Source of the DNA: Minisyncoccia bacterium
Lineage (GTDB): Bacteria > Patescibacteriota > Minisyncoccia > Phycocordibacterales > UBA918
Direction: 5' to 3'
Assembly (NCBI GenBank): GCA_046598345.1
Contig: JBKJIT010000004.1
Coordinates: 2,499-66,498, forward strand
Length of the DNA: 64,000 nucleotides
In this document: piece by piece, positions 50,284 to 59,694 of the stretch
Layout: each line of letters opens with the position of its first letter
How positions within the stretch are numbered: position 1 is the stretch's first letter
Position numbers and translations under genes: made by a program
Notes under the pieces: generated by a model
Databases searched by the model: none
Told to the model about the DNA's origin: nothing
The model's input: the letters and a program-made list of their open reading frames with translations, nothing else

Positions 50284-50319
50284 ATATCTCATAGTGTCCG
50301 GCCGGACGGTATGAGATAT
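50284..50319. repeat. GTCCGGCCGGAC palindrome family, copy 1
   Basis: ATATCTCATA-gt-GTCCGGCCGGAC-gg-TATGAGATAT. Confidence 0.85.
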
Positions 50320-50444
50320 ACGGTATATATGCAAAGGGGGAAGAGTGTCAAGAAATAGTAATTGATGGACGAATTACCATGTCGACAGAATTTATCCGTG
50401 CATAACGCGTGAGATAAAAAAACGGCCTCGAAGGGAGGCCGCAC

Positions 50445-50771
50445 TCATGTGATGAGTGAAAAGGGAAAACTTCTTTTTGTGTTCTGTGCGTCTGCTTCTC
50501 CCACATAGAAACAGGTACGTTCGACGTCATTCCCGGGAATTTCAGCGTCAAACTGATACCGTCCTTTTTCTTCGGCGTCACTTACTTTCAGGAAACGACC
50601 TTTTGTAAAGACTTCGTATCTAAGTCCATACCAAATGGAACTATGACAGAGCGCCGTCACGGGAGGGTCGAATTTGTACTCAGTATGAAGCTTGAACTTC
50701 CTAATAGGCTTCACGAGCTTCTTAGAAGGTGACTCCTTTGTACGTGGTACTAGCTGCGACTGTGCATTCAT
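50445..50771 (-). CDS. Orphan protein (SD-led unit)
   Basis: GAGGAG SD, terminator at about 50416-50441. Confidence 0.55.
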   Translation of the reverse strand: MNAQSQLVPRTKESPSKKLVKPIRKFKLHTEYKFDPPVTALCHSSIWYGLRYEVFTKGRFLKVSDAEEKGRYQFDAEIPGNDVERTCFYVGEADAQNTKRSFPFSLIT

Positions 50772-51029
50772 AATATCTATGCTCCTCAGTTTTTGCACTG
50801 CACACAAATCACTTTACTATCCGCTAGAACTATAGGGAAATATACATGGATATTTAATGAAGAAACAATATATTTAATTTTTTCAAAATTCAAATAAAAA
50901 TATTTTTCCCAATACCCAATATGTGAATCAAGCATCAAATCGATGGCCGACTTACGATGTCGGCCATATAGGGGTAGAGGCTGAAAAGGGTAAGTAAAAG
51001 AACGTTAAAAAATAGTTCAAAAATATAAA

Positions 51030-51063
51030 TATCTCGTACCGTCCGGCCGGACGGTACGAGATA
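51030..51063. repeat. GTCCGGCCGGAC palindrome family, copy 2 (perfect 34 bp)
   Basis: TATCTCGTACCGTCCGG|CCGGACGGTACGAGATA. Confidence 0.9.
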
Positions 51064-51154
51064 CAGAATTATTCTGTCAAAATGTGGGTTAATCAAAGTG
51101 TTGTTAAGAGGGTATTTGAAGAAGTAAAAAAGCAATAGTTTGTTTTTCAGCAAG

Positions 51155-51186
51155 ATCCCATAGTGTCCGGCCGGACGGTATGGGAT
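51155..51186. repeat. GTCCGGCCGGAC palindrome family, copy 3
   Basis: ATCCCATA-gt-GTCCGGCCGGAC-gg-TATGGGAT. Confidence 0.85.
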
Positions 51187-51228
51187 ATCTAATATTCTGG
51201 GGTAGGTAGTGAGGGAACTGACTAAAAA

Positions 51229-51277
51229 GCACACAACAAAAAATCCCCGCCAACAGGCGGGGATTTTTTGTTGTGCT
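51229..51277. terminator. Terminator of the pilin cluster
   Basis: GCACACAACAAAAAATCCCCGCC-AACA-GGCGGGGATTTTTGTTGTGC. Confidence 0.8.
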
Positions 51278-51285
51278 AAATAGAT

Positions 51286-51741
51286 TTAGCGAGTGATCTC
51301 AAGATCAGGGGTTTCAACTTCAGTTTTTGGTGCTCGAACTGAAATTCGATCGTCAGTATCTTTCTTGATTTCGTAATCTGTCGAATATGTTGTTGGACAG
51401 GTGTCAAGATCAATACCCTTGTCCGGGTCTACAGGAAGGGAGGCCATGTGTTCTGTAACAAGTATGCCACAGATATTTGCAGCAGAGGAGGAAATTTCCT
51501 GCCATGCAGTAGTAATTTGTGTAGGAATTATTCCTTTTTCCTCTACAATCTCCTGACCCACTGCGCTAAGAATAGCATTGATGTCATTTGATCGTTCAGC
51601 ATCATCTGCTTTATTAAAGAGACGAACTGGGTTGATAGCTACAAGTACGATTGCTGCGAGAACAGCAATAATACCGATAACGATAAGGATTTCAATAAGT
51701 GTAAACCCTCGATTTCCAGCCTTTTTAGCTACTTTGTTCAT
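51286..51741 (-). CDS. Type IV pilin (probable major pilin)
   Basis: Prepilin cleavage motif GFTLIEILIVIGII; LPVDP. Confidence 0.9.
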   Translation of the reverse strand: MNKVAKKAGNRGFTLIEILIVIGIIAVLAAIVLVAINPVRLFNKADDAERSNDINAILSAVGQEIVEEKGIIPTQITTAWQEISSSAANICGILVTEHMASLPVDPDKGIDLDTCPTTYSTDYEIKKDTDDRISVRAPKTEVETPDLEITR

Positions 51742-51833
51742 TTGAATAAGTTTAATTAATTAATATTAAAAGAACTGAAACATTAGACTAATATGATACC
51801 ATACATTCGCTAAATTAGCAAGTGTTCCAGCAC

Positions 51834-51868
51834 CATCAAAATATCATGAAATTCATGATATTTTGATG
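51834..51868. repeat. 35-bp AT-rich palindrome
   Basis: CATCAAAATATCATGAA-A-TTCATGATATTTTGATG. Confidence 0.8.
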
Positions 51869-51871
51869 AAG

Positions 51872-52294
51872 TTAGATGATAGGCAACTCCGCCCAATAGG
51901 TAAAGTCACCATTAGACTTTTTAACAAACACACGTAGGTTTGTCGTTGCACCACCATCTACTTTTGCAAATGTCTCGATCACACTATACGGGGTAGATGT
52001 GGTGTCCGGGTCAATTAATGTTATTGAACACTCTTCACTTCCTACGGGGATAATAATATCGGGTTCTGATATTAATAATTCGGTAGCGGGGTCTTGAAAT
52101 ACTTTCAGTCGTGCAACGTGTACGCATGATTCAGCAAGCTTTTGGCTTTTCGTTTTATTTTCAAGATCAAGGAGAAAATAACGATTTGCAACACCAAATT
52201 GTGCGAGTGATACAACAGACACTAAAAGTACTGATGAAATAATGAGGACCGAAATTAGGGCAATAAACCCTTGCTGCGATTCAAAAGAGTTCAT
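51872..52294 (-). CDS. Minor pilin, PilX/GspK-like (no Glu5)
   Basis: QGFIALISVLII...LAESC. Confidence 0.8.
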   Translation of the reverse strand: MNSFESQQGFIALISVLIISSVLLVSVVSLAQFGVANRYFLLDLENKTKSQKLAESCVHVARLKVFQDPATELLISEPDIIIPVGSEECSITLIDPDTTSTPYSVIETFAKVDGGATTNLRVFVKKSNGDFTYWAELPII

Positions 52295-52295
52295 A

Positions 52296-52802
52296 TTAAA
52301 AATGGAGATAGTAATTTACAGGGCCGATGGTAATGGTGTCTCCTTCAATTCTTCGAGCGGTAAATTTAACGGTGAGATAGTGTTGCTCTTTTCCAGTAGG
52401 AATAATATGGTTGACATCGAAGCTTAGAATTTGTACCCGGTCTGTGTTCAGTGCTCTATAAGCACCTGAACCCTCTCGATACATAAGGTTGGTGCCATTC
52501 AGTTCAAATGCAAACCGGTTTGGATTATTTATCTCAAGTTTGTTTGTTGGGGTACTTCCGTTAGGAACAATATCTACAATATCAGTGGGCGTGTTGATGG
52601 AACTTGCAAGTGCGTACTCAATTTTTCGCAATATAAATGCAGTATCTCCTTCGACTGCAATATCACCAGTCAATTCCTGAGAATTAACAAATAGGGGATG
52701 AACGATACTAAAGATTCCTGCCATGAGTATACCGAAAAGACCGATATAGATTATCGTTTCAACAAGCGTAAATCCTTTTGTGTTAATTGCAGGAAGCATC
52801 AT
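52296..52802 (-). CDS. Minor pilin (PilW/GspJ-like)
   Basis: KGFTLVETIIYIGLF. Confidence 0.85.
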   Translation of the reverse strand: MMLPAINTKGFTLVETIIYIGLFGILMAGIFSIVHPLFVNSQELTGDIAVEGDTAFILRKIEYALASSINTPTDIVDIVPNGSTPTNKLEINNPNRFAFELNGTNLMYREGSGAYRALNTDRVQILSFDVNHIIPTGKEQHYLTVKFTARRIEGDTITIGPVNYYLHF

Positions 52803-54342
52803 TAGGTTCGTCAAAGATTACGCGCATAAAGTTATTGCTTTTTACTGCTGTAAAAATCTTGTTGTCGGAATATACAAGGCGGACTGCTTCGGCTGGAAAG
52901 TTGAATGTATTACAAAAATGAGTTTGTATATTTGTGGGATCGGAAATATTCCAGACTTGGAATTCTTTATTGGAGTGTGAGGTGGCGAGAAAAGCTAGGT
53001 TGCCACGGATTAGGATATCTTGAATCGAGGTATTGTTAGCGCTAAGTGCACGTGCGGAGTCCTTTAAAGTGAATGATGTCGGTGCATTTATTGCATACGC
53101 ATAGAAATCATCTTGATTAATTTTTCCTGCTCGACCAATAAAGAGGGTATTTTCCGAAATATTGAGAGAGACAGCAGCTTCACTGAATGGAAGGTTAAGG
53201 TACGTAACTGAAGAGAGCGGAATGTTGGTAACTGATCCTGTGTTGATACCAGCTAAGTTAATTACCGCAACCTCTCCAGAACTATACCCTAATGCTAAAT
53301 ATGCATACCCATTATGAATCCGGATATCATTTACTGAATGGTTAAAAGCTTCATTTAAGATACCGATTACGGCGGGTTGGGCGGGATTAGCAGTTATATC
53401 AAAAACCAGGAACTCAGGACCATCGGTGGTTTTTAATCCGACATATAATCTGCCATCATAGTATTCCATTACATTTCCCTGAGGATCCGTTCCCGTTTCG
53501 AGTACGTTAATCGGTGCTGTTGCGAACGACACCACGTTTCCTTGTGATGGGGCATTTAAACTACTTATATTGATTACCTGAAGCTGATTATTTTTGTAAT
53601 TTCTTAATGCATACACATAATCACCAACGACAACAAAGTCGTTTATACCCTCCCTTTGACCACCCCCCCACTGAATTCCATTATTAATGTCAAGATTAGA
53701 TTCATGTGATGGATTTATGGCATCAGTTGCATCAAGAATCCAAAAATCTGGCTCGTCCTTACTAGAATGGTTTGACGACACAAAGACGTACGTACGATCA
53801 TCACGTGATATGGCTTTAATAGCAGTTGCTTGAGAACCATTACTTGCAATCCCACTTGGATCAAAGAAACCTAGTGTGTCTGGGTTCTCCCACTCAGTGG
53901 TTGGGGTGGGGTCACAAAATTCAGATTTTTTTGCGCTTTCGATGTCGCTTACAATCGTCTTAAATTCAGTTGCAAGATTTGCACGAGAAATATTATTTTC
54001 TGCGAACCAGCCAATCTTACTGGTAACTATTTTTGCACAATCTCCTTCGCCCAGTGAGAGATCGTCATTTGTACGTATTCCGTACACTGATGAATACCCG
54101 TCCTCGTTTAAATCTGCAAGCGGGGAAGGAGAAATGGACCACTGTTTAGCGAGTTTATTTGTAGCATCGCCAATTTGACTCGTGATACGCGTGAGACTAT
54201 GACTATCTAACTTTGTATTAAGTCCCGCTGATTGACCACCAAAAACAACCATCATTGAACTTCCAATAAAGATAATTGCAATTGAAAAAGCGATTAGGAG
54301 CTCTATAGTGGAAAAACCTTGTTGTATTAATTTATTTTTCAT
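52783..54342 (-). CDS. Large minor pilin with C-terminal LVIVD-like beta-propeller
   Basis: QGFSTIELLIAF; repeats GDYVYA..LQVINIS, NGYAYL..VAVINL, GNLAFL..FQVWNISDP. Confidence 0.8.
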   Translation of the reverse strand: MKNKLIQQGFSTIELLIAFSIAIIFIGSSMMVVFGGQSAGLNTKLDSHSLTRITSQIGDATNKLAKQWSISPSPLADLNEDGYSSVYGIRTNDDLSLGEGDCAKIVTSKIGWFAENNISRANLATEFKTIVSDIESAKKSEFCDPTPTTEWENPDTLGFFDPSGIASNGSQATAIKAISRDDRTYVFVSSNHSSKDEPDFWILDATDAINPSHESNLDINNGIQWGGGQREGINDFVVVGDYVYALRNYKNNQLQVINISSLNAPSQGNVVSFATAPINVLETGTDPQGNVMEYYDGRLYVGLKTTDGPEFLVFDITANPAQPAVIGILNEAFNHSVNDIRIHNGYAYLALGYSSGEVAVINLAGINTGSVTNIPLSSVTYLNLPFSEAAVSLNISENTLFIGRAGKINQDDFYAYAINAPTSFTLKDSARALSANNTSIQDILIRGNLAFLATSHSNKEFQVWNISDPTNIQTHFCNTFNFPAEAVRLVYSDNKIFTAVKSNNFMRVIFDEPNDASCN

Positions 54343-54345
54343 ACG

Positions 54346-54798
54346 TTACCAATTAATGCGTCCTGCTTCGTTAAGCTCGAAATTTACAATTTCACTGCCT
54401 TGCGCGAGGGTAATCGATCCTAAGCCTGTCCCAGTGTCTACTCCACTAATTATATTTCCTGAGCGCTGTTCAAAAATAATGTTATTTCCGTTTGAGGCAG
54501 ACACAGCAATTTGGGAATTTCTAGTGACTTCTCTTTGATTTGTGCCTGGAAAAGAAGTACCTTCAAAGAGAATATATTTATCGTTCTGAATATGAACCCC
54601 GTGAGAACTATTATTTATATTTGCGAGTGCACGTGCACGTGCTCCAGAGAGAAGTAGTGAAACAAGAAGGTCTCGTTCTTCCGTAACGCTAGCATTGGCA
54701 ACTGAGCTGTAACTCATGACTACTCCGAAAGCACCGATGACTGCCACAAGTGCCATTACTACCATGAGTTCAATAAGGCTAAATCCGCGCGTTTCCAT
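54346..54798 (-). CDS. Minor pilin (FimT/GspH-like)
   Basis: RGFSLIELMVVMA; C-terminal NEAGRI. Confidence 0.85.
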   Translation of the reverse strand: METRGFSLIELMVVMALVAVIGAFGVVMSYSSVANASVTEERDLLVSLLLSGARARALANINNSSHGVHIQNDKYILFEGTSFPGTNQREVTRNSQIAVSASNGNNIIFEQRSGNIISGVDTGTGLGSITLAQGSEIVNFELNEAGRINW

Positions 54799-54801
54799 AA
54801 T

Positions 54802-55986
54802 TTACTGTTCGCTAAGGGTTTTAGTCACTTCGTAAATTGGTGTAATGACTGAGACTGCAATTAGTCCTACGATACTTCCCATCATAACAAGCAGGATCGG
54901 TTCAATTGAGTTTGAAAGATTCTTGGTACTCTCGTCAACCTCAGCTTCATAGTGGTCAGAAAGATACATAAGCGTTTGTGAAAGGTTACCTGTTGTTTCA
55001 CCAATAAGTATCATATTGGGAAGCATAGCAGGGAAAATGTCTGAGTATTTCGTCATGCGTGAGGAGATGGTTTCACCCTTAAGCAAGTGTGCTGAAATAT
55101 CCTGATATGCTTCTTTATAGAGAATGTTTTTGGTGACGTCAGCAGTAATAACCATGGCATCAGTAAGAAGTACTCCGGCTTTAATGTTGAGCCCTAGAGT
55201 TCGGCAAAAGTTTGCAGCGTTGTATGCGCGCATCATCATTCCTATGACTGGAAGTCGTAGTAAAACCCAGTCTGTTGACCTTCGAATAATTCGAAATGCA
55301 TTACGTGCAAGTGCAAACAGAATCATAAAGATAATTACAGCAACAATTGTAACTAGCCCCCATTCCTGGAGGTATTCACTAATAGCAATCAACATGCGTG
55401 TAGTAAGTGGAAGTGTAATATCCAGGGATTTAAAAATAGGCATAATTTTGGGGAAAATAAATACCGTGAGCATCCCTGTTACTCCTAGGGTCACAAATGT
55501 AATAAAAATGGGATACACAAGTGCGCTACGTACTTTGCGCTGAAGCGCCTGCTTCTTTGCGAGTTCGTCGGCTAGATACATTAGGTTATCAGAAAGCACC
55601 CCGGCGTTTTCACCAACGCGGATAATGTTTACTGTAAATTCACCAAAGAGATGCTTGTACTTTTCAAGACTTTTGGAGAGAAATTGTCCGGCAGAAAGGT
55701 CACTGATTATTGTGTCAAAAATTGCTCGTTTACGTTTTGATTTGGTCTGATTACGGATCATCGAAACACCCTCATGAAGTGAAACACCCGCTTTTACGAG
55801 GAAGGAGAGGCGCTTTGCAAACATAACTTGCTCATTAATTGAGAAGCGGAGGAAGGTTGTGGATACTGGCTTTGCAACCGGTTTTGGCGCTACACGGATC
55901 ATTTGGGGGACAACAGGAAGAACTGCCTTTTTCCCAGGCCATTTGCTAACGACAAATAAACGCATTTTTGCGAACATGTTACTCAT
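54802..55986 (-). CDS. pilC: Type IV pilus / T2SS platform protein (PilC/GspF)
   Basis: LVKAGV, VGENAG, ALVYP, IGETTG, IEPIL. Confidence 0.93.
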   Translation of the reverse strand: MSNMFAKMRLFVVSKWPGKKAVLPVVPQMIRVAPKPVAKPVSTTFLRFSINEQVMFAKRLSFLVKAGVSLHEGVSMIRNQTKSKRKRAIFDTIISDLSAGQFLSKSLEKYKHLFGEFTVNIIRVGENAGVLSDNLMYLADELAKKQALQRKVRSALVYPIFITFVTLGVTGMLTVFIFPKIMPIFKSLDITLPLTTRMLIAISEYLQEWGLVTIVAVIIFMILFALARNAFRIIRRSTDWVLLRLPVIGMMMRAYNAANFCRTLGLNIKAGVLLTDAMVITADVTKNILYKEAYQDISAHLLKGETISSRMTKYSDIFPAMLPNMILIGETTGNLSQTLMYLSDHYEAEVDESTKNLSNSIEPILLVMMGSIVGLIAVSVITPIYEVTKTLSEQ

Positions 55987-55994
55987 TTACTCAT

Positions 55995-57278
55995 TTACTC
56001 ATTTATAGTACGTAATACTTCAGAAATAGTGGTTTTACCCTCGGCCGCCTTCTGAAGCCCGTCTTCGAACATAGTAGTCATTCCTTCAGTAATTGCAATG
56101 TCTTTGATAACGACTGCAGATGCCTGCTTCAGAATGGCTTCCCGAACTGCTGGCGATACCACGAGAACCTCGTAGATGCCGATGCGTCCTGCAAACCCAG
56201 TATTCTCACACTTTGCACATCCTTTTCCTTTATAAAATGTATCGGGAACTTGGTACCCACGATTTTTGAGACGTTCAGGAATTGAACGTGCGAGACTTTC
56301 GCGTTCACCGTCACTCATCTTTACTGACTGCTTGCAGTGCGAACAGATCTGGCGCACGAGACGTTGACCGATGGCGACGTTTACGGTCGACGCGACGAGG
56401 TACGCGTCGATTCCCATGTCGAGGAGACGGGGAAGTGTGGTGGCTGAGTCATTCGTGTGAAGTGTTGAAAGAAGAAGGTGTCCGGTGAGTGCAGTGTTTA
56501 CTGCAATACCCGCAGTCTCAGCGTCACGAATTTCACCCACCATGATGATGTTGGGGTCTTGACGAAGAATTGAACGAAGTCCTGCAGCGAAGGTGAGGCT
56601 TGATCGTGGATTGATTTGAATCTGTGTGATCCCTTCAATCGCGTATTCGATAGGATCTTCGATCGTAATAATAGAAACCTCGCGCTTGTTCAGCATCTTA
56701 ATGAGTGTGTACAGGGAAGTGGTCTTACCAGAACCAGTTGGTCCTGTCGCAAGAATCATTCCGTATGGCTGTGTGATTGCATACTTCACTTTTTCTGCGT
56801 CGCTCTTACTAAAACCAAGCATTTCGAGCGTGTAGTTTGCTGAGTGGTCTGCAAGGAGTCGGAGTACGAGATTCTCCCCAAAGTAGGTTGGGGTAATTGA
56901 GACACGCACATCGATAGGTCGTCCACCTTCAGTCATCAATCGAAAACGACCGTCTTGTGCGGCCTGATGTTCGTCGGTGCGGAGTCCCGCCATAACTTTG
57001 ACGCGAGTGATCACTTCCGAGTGGATCGTTTTTGGAAATGCACACTTATCCTGAAGCACACCATCGATACGATAGCGGATCATGACGTTGTGTTCGGTAG
57101 GGTCGATATGAATGTCCGACGCGCGGAGCATGTGCGCTTCTTCAATACAGGTTTGTACAACCTCAATAATACCGACAGGACCAGGGCGGGAGAGTACTTC
57201 GGCAACGCTACATGGAGAAAGGACGTCGCGGGGGACGTCCTGAACTACCTCTTTTGTAGCCTTCAGGCCCAAGTTCAT
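55995..57278 (-). CDS. pilB: Type IV pilus assembly ATPase (PilB/GspE family, short N-terminus)
   Basis: ASDIHIDP, GPTGSGKTT, EDPIEY, LRQDP, GEIRD, LHTN, tetracysteine motif. Confidence 0.93.
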   Translation of the reverse strand: MNLGLKATKEVVQDVPRDVLSPCSVAEVLSRPGPVGIIEVVQTCIEEAHMLRASDIHIDPTEHNVMIRYRIDGVLQDKCAFPKTIHSEVITRVKVMAGLRTDEHQAAQDGRFRLMTEGGRPIDVRVSITPTYFGENLVLRLLADHSANYTLEMLGFSKSDAEKVKYAITQPYGMILATGPTGSGKTTSLYTLIKMLNKREVSIITIEDPIEYAIEGITQIQINPRSSLTFAAGLRSILRQDPNIIMVGEIRDAETAGIAVNTALTGHLLLSTLHTNDSATTLPRLLDMGIDAYLVASTVNVAIGQRLVRQICSHCKQSVKMSDGERESLARSIPERLKNRGYQVPDTFYKGKGCAKCENTGFAGRIGIYEVLVVSPAVREAILKQASAVVIKDIAITEGMTTMFEDGLQKAAEGKTTISEVLRTINE

Positions 57279-57396
57279 AGTGGAGGTATTATACATAATA
57301 AAACCAATCTGTCAAGCACTCTCATTTTGTATACATTTCCCACGGGTAATTAAAAAAGAAGCCGTCCATAGGACGGCTTTGTTGCAGTGATGCGAC

Positions 57397-57672
57397 TCAG
57401 AAGTCGCAAAAAAAGAAAACTGGCACGCGATCATCGATCAGGTAGTAGCTTACTCTCCCGTCGCCGTGGGTGCGTAGTGCATTGTAGAAAGGTGCGTCCG
57501 GGTTCACGCCGGGGATGTTCGTTCGTGGATGGTGGTTGGTGACTCCCGAGGCAGGAATTGGAGGACATACTTTTTCATACAGGAACGGATAGCCTCCGGG
57601 GGTAGAAAAGTCAAACCTACCGCCGCTTTTTACATCGCCAAAACAGAGGTAGTAACAGGCGTCTTTGGTCAT
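57397..57672 (-). CDS. Orphan small protein (SD-led)
   Basis: AGGAG SD; terminator 57352-57380. Confidence 0.6.
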   Translation of the reverse strand: MTKDACYYLCFGDVKSGGRFDFSTPGGYPFLYEKVCPPIPASGVTNHHPRTNIPGVNPDAPFYNALRTHGDGRVSYYLIDDRVPVFFFCDF

Positions 57673-57722
57673 GCGTACTCTCCTAGTGGGATTGATGTGG
57701 AACTAGTATTTTTAGGGTTCCT

Positions 57723-58130
57723 TCACCAGTGTGCGTACTCGCGTGCTTCGAGGAGCGTGTAGAGTGTGCCACGACGCCTCTTCACTCGCGTACCTTGAAG
57801 AAAGTGATTTGGGTCGGTGGTCCGAAGATCAGGATTACCTTCGCACACCTGTGGAATGTAATGCACTTCTTCCACTCGGGTAGCGATATTCAGTGCGACC
57901 CCTAAGACATGAATCATCTCGCGGGTGTGGAGGTGTTGGTACACTCCTCCTACGAGACACTTTTTCGGACGTACCCACATTGATCGTCCATCGACTCCTC
58001 CCGTGCAGAAGTCGGGTTGTTTCCAGGCACATCCTTCACAGAATGGCTCAAAGATGACGCCGTCGGTTACTCGAGCCCATGAATCGTCTTCATTCCGGCA
58101 GGTACTGCAGGTGCTCACGACCGTGTTCAT
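57723..58130 (-). CDS. CxxC-CxxC zinc-finger plus DUF1653-like domain protein (SD-led)
   Basis: CSTC...CEGC; GVYQH...VLGVA...EEVHY; GAGGAGG SD. Confidence 0.6.
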   Translation of the reverse strand: MNTVVSTCSTCRNEDDSWARVTDGVIFEPFCEGCAWKQPDFCTGGVDGRSMWVRPKKCLVGGVYQHLHTREMIHVLGVALNIATRVEEVHYIPQVCEGNPDLRTTDPNHFLQGTRVKRRRGTLYTLLEAREYAHW

Positions 58131-58253
58131 TTTGTTCCCTCCTCGGTTGTTGGAAAAACATCTCCTTGGAATATACATCAGGATTAGGAAATACGAAAAT
58201 CCCCCGGGCGAAGCCCGGGGGATTTTCTATCTAGATATTTCTAGAAGTCTCTA

Positions 58254-59312
58254 TTAGCGAGATAACTTGTTCTTAAGGTTCTTCATTGAACTCTTAAGCC
58301 ATTTTGATACTTTGTCGGCTTTCGCTGATCTAGCATCATCTTCGTCATCCTCATTTTCGTCAGAGTCCATATGGTTCATCTGACTTACACACTGACCCTG
58401 ATTCTTATAGCTTGGATTGAGGAAAGACAACCAACCACCCTTTTTACACTCGTCCTTTCGAGTATTTGGAGTAGTAGTACCGTTGTCATCATCATCGTTT
58501 CCAGTGAGGATATCAGTATCGCCCGTTACGGTAGTGTTTGAGGCAGTTACTACTTTACCGTTTTCGAGTGTTACCGTCGCTACAACTCGTGTTGCTGCGA
58601 GGTCGTCACCGTATTCAGCTGCTCGATCATTATCCCAATACCCGTCATCTTCGTAATCGAAGCTACCGAGTACATCAAACGGGGAACTCATCTGAGTACC
58701 ATTGATGTCAGTAAAGAATTTAGCTGTTGCTGTGTTGATCTGAAGAAGTGTTGCTCCAGAATAGAGCTTTACTACTACAGATTCAGCCTCTGCAAAGGTA
58801 GTATTCGTGAGTGCAAACCCTGCAGTGTACCCCTTAAGAACACCGTTTCCAGTGTTATAGTCCACAACACCGAAGTCCTCTGCTACGAGGCTACCAATAA
58901 GTGCGGCAGTACCACTTGAGGTGTACCAAGATCCTGTCCTGAATCCACCGAAGTTGTCATCCCATGTTCCGCTCATGACACCGCTTGTCGCGATATCACC
59001 GTCCATATGCATGATAGTGCCTGTAGCACCGCTGTCATACACAATGGTGAGATTAATATCATCGTCTGAGACTACTCCAGAGGTAACGTGCCAGGTGTAT
59101 GTCTTCGTAGATGACCCCGCAGGGTATCCACCAGTACCGGTTACTGTACCAGTGCTTGATTGCGTGAGGTCCATGTCGTGAAGGTAGCCGTCAAAAGAAA
59201 CGACATAATCACCAGTCACATTGAAGTCTGGTGTTGCTGCGTTTGCTACGGATGCGCCGAATGGTAAGGCGAGTGCTACGAGCATAAATGCTTTTGCTAA
59301 GTGATTTTGCAT
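58254..59312 (-). CDS. Secreted Thr/Gly/Asp-rich beta protein
   Basis: Signal peptide ANA-AT; C-term KDECKKGGW...KNQGQCVS motif. Confidence 0.8.
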   Translation of the reverse strand: MQNHLAKAFMLVALALPFGASVANAATPDFNVTGDYVVSFDGYLHDMDLTQSSTGTVTGTGGYPAGSSTKTYTWHVTSGVVSDDDINLTIVYDSGATGTIMHMDGDIATSGVMSGTWDDNFGGFRTGSWYTSSGTAALIGSLVAEDFGVVDYNTGNGVLKGYTAGFALTNTTFAEAESVVVKLYSGATLLQINTATAKFFTDINGTQMSSPFDVLGSFDYEDDGYWDNDRAAEYGDDLAATRVVATVTLENGKVVTASNTTVTGDTDILTGNDDDDNGTTTPNTRKDECKKGGWLSFLNPSYKNQGQCVSQMNHMDSDENEDDEDDARSAKADKVSKWLKSSMKNLKNKLSR

Positions 59313-59694
59313 AGGGTGTTATACATTATGTACTAGTAATTCGTATTACGAATAAAAATAAAAAGCGAGCTGCTGAAAGAGTGTCTGAAAATCAGCGAGC
59401 TCACACCTTGTATATGTCGTAGGAAAGGGGAGAACGTTACTCCACAGATCGAGAAAAGTGTGTCATACTATGGCATGGATAGTGAAAAACCCCGTGGGCA
59501 AGGGCCGCGGGGTTTTTCTTATGCTCAATATCAAGGTCTCCAACTTATTTTCCAAAAAACCTGGTTCAGTAGCAGGGAAATCGCCTCATAATTCTCTCTA
59601 CATATCTATAATATGTATGTATGTAACGTTGTCATATATCTGTTTATGAACATCTTCATAAAAAGTTCATCTATGTATCGTCATAATTACGCGC

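Noticed and set aside
45668-50830. Prophage
   Set aside because: No structural, terminase or integrase genes; the units are individually terminated.
50284-51186. Possible CRISPR array
   Set aside because: Only three copies with irregular spacing (about 710 and 90 bp) and no cas genes.
50935-51234. 99-aa ORF across the palindrome cluster
   Set aside because: It is composed of repeats and AT-rich filler with no protein-like features or initiation signals.
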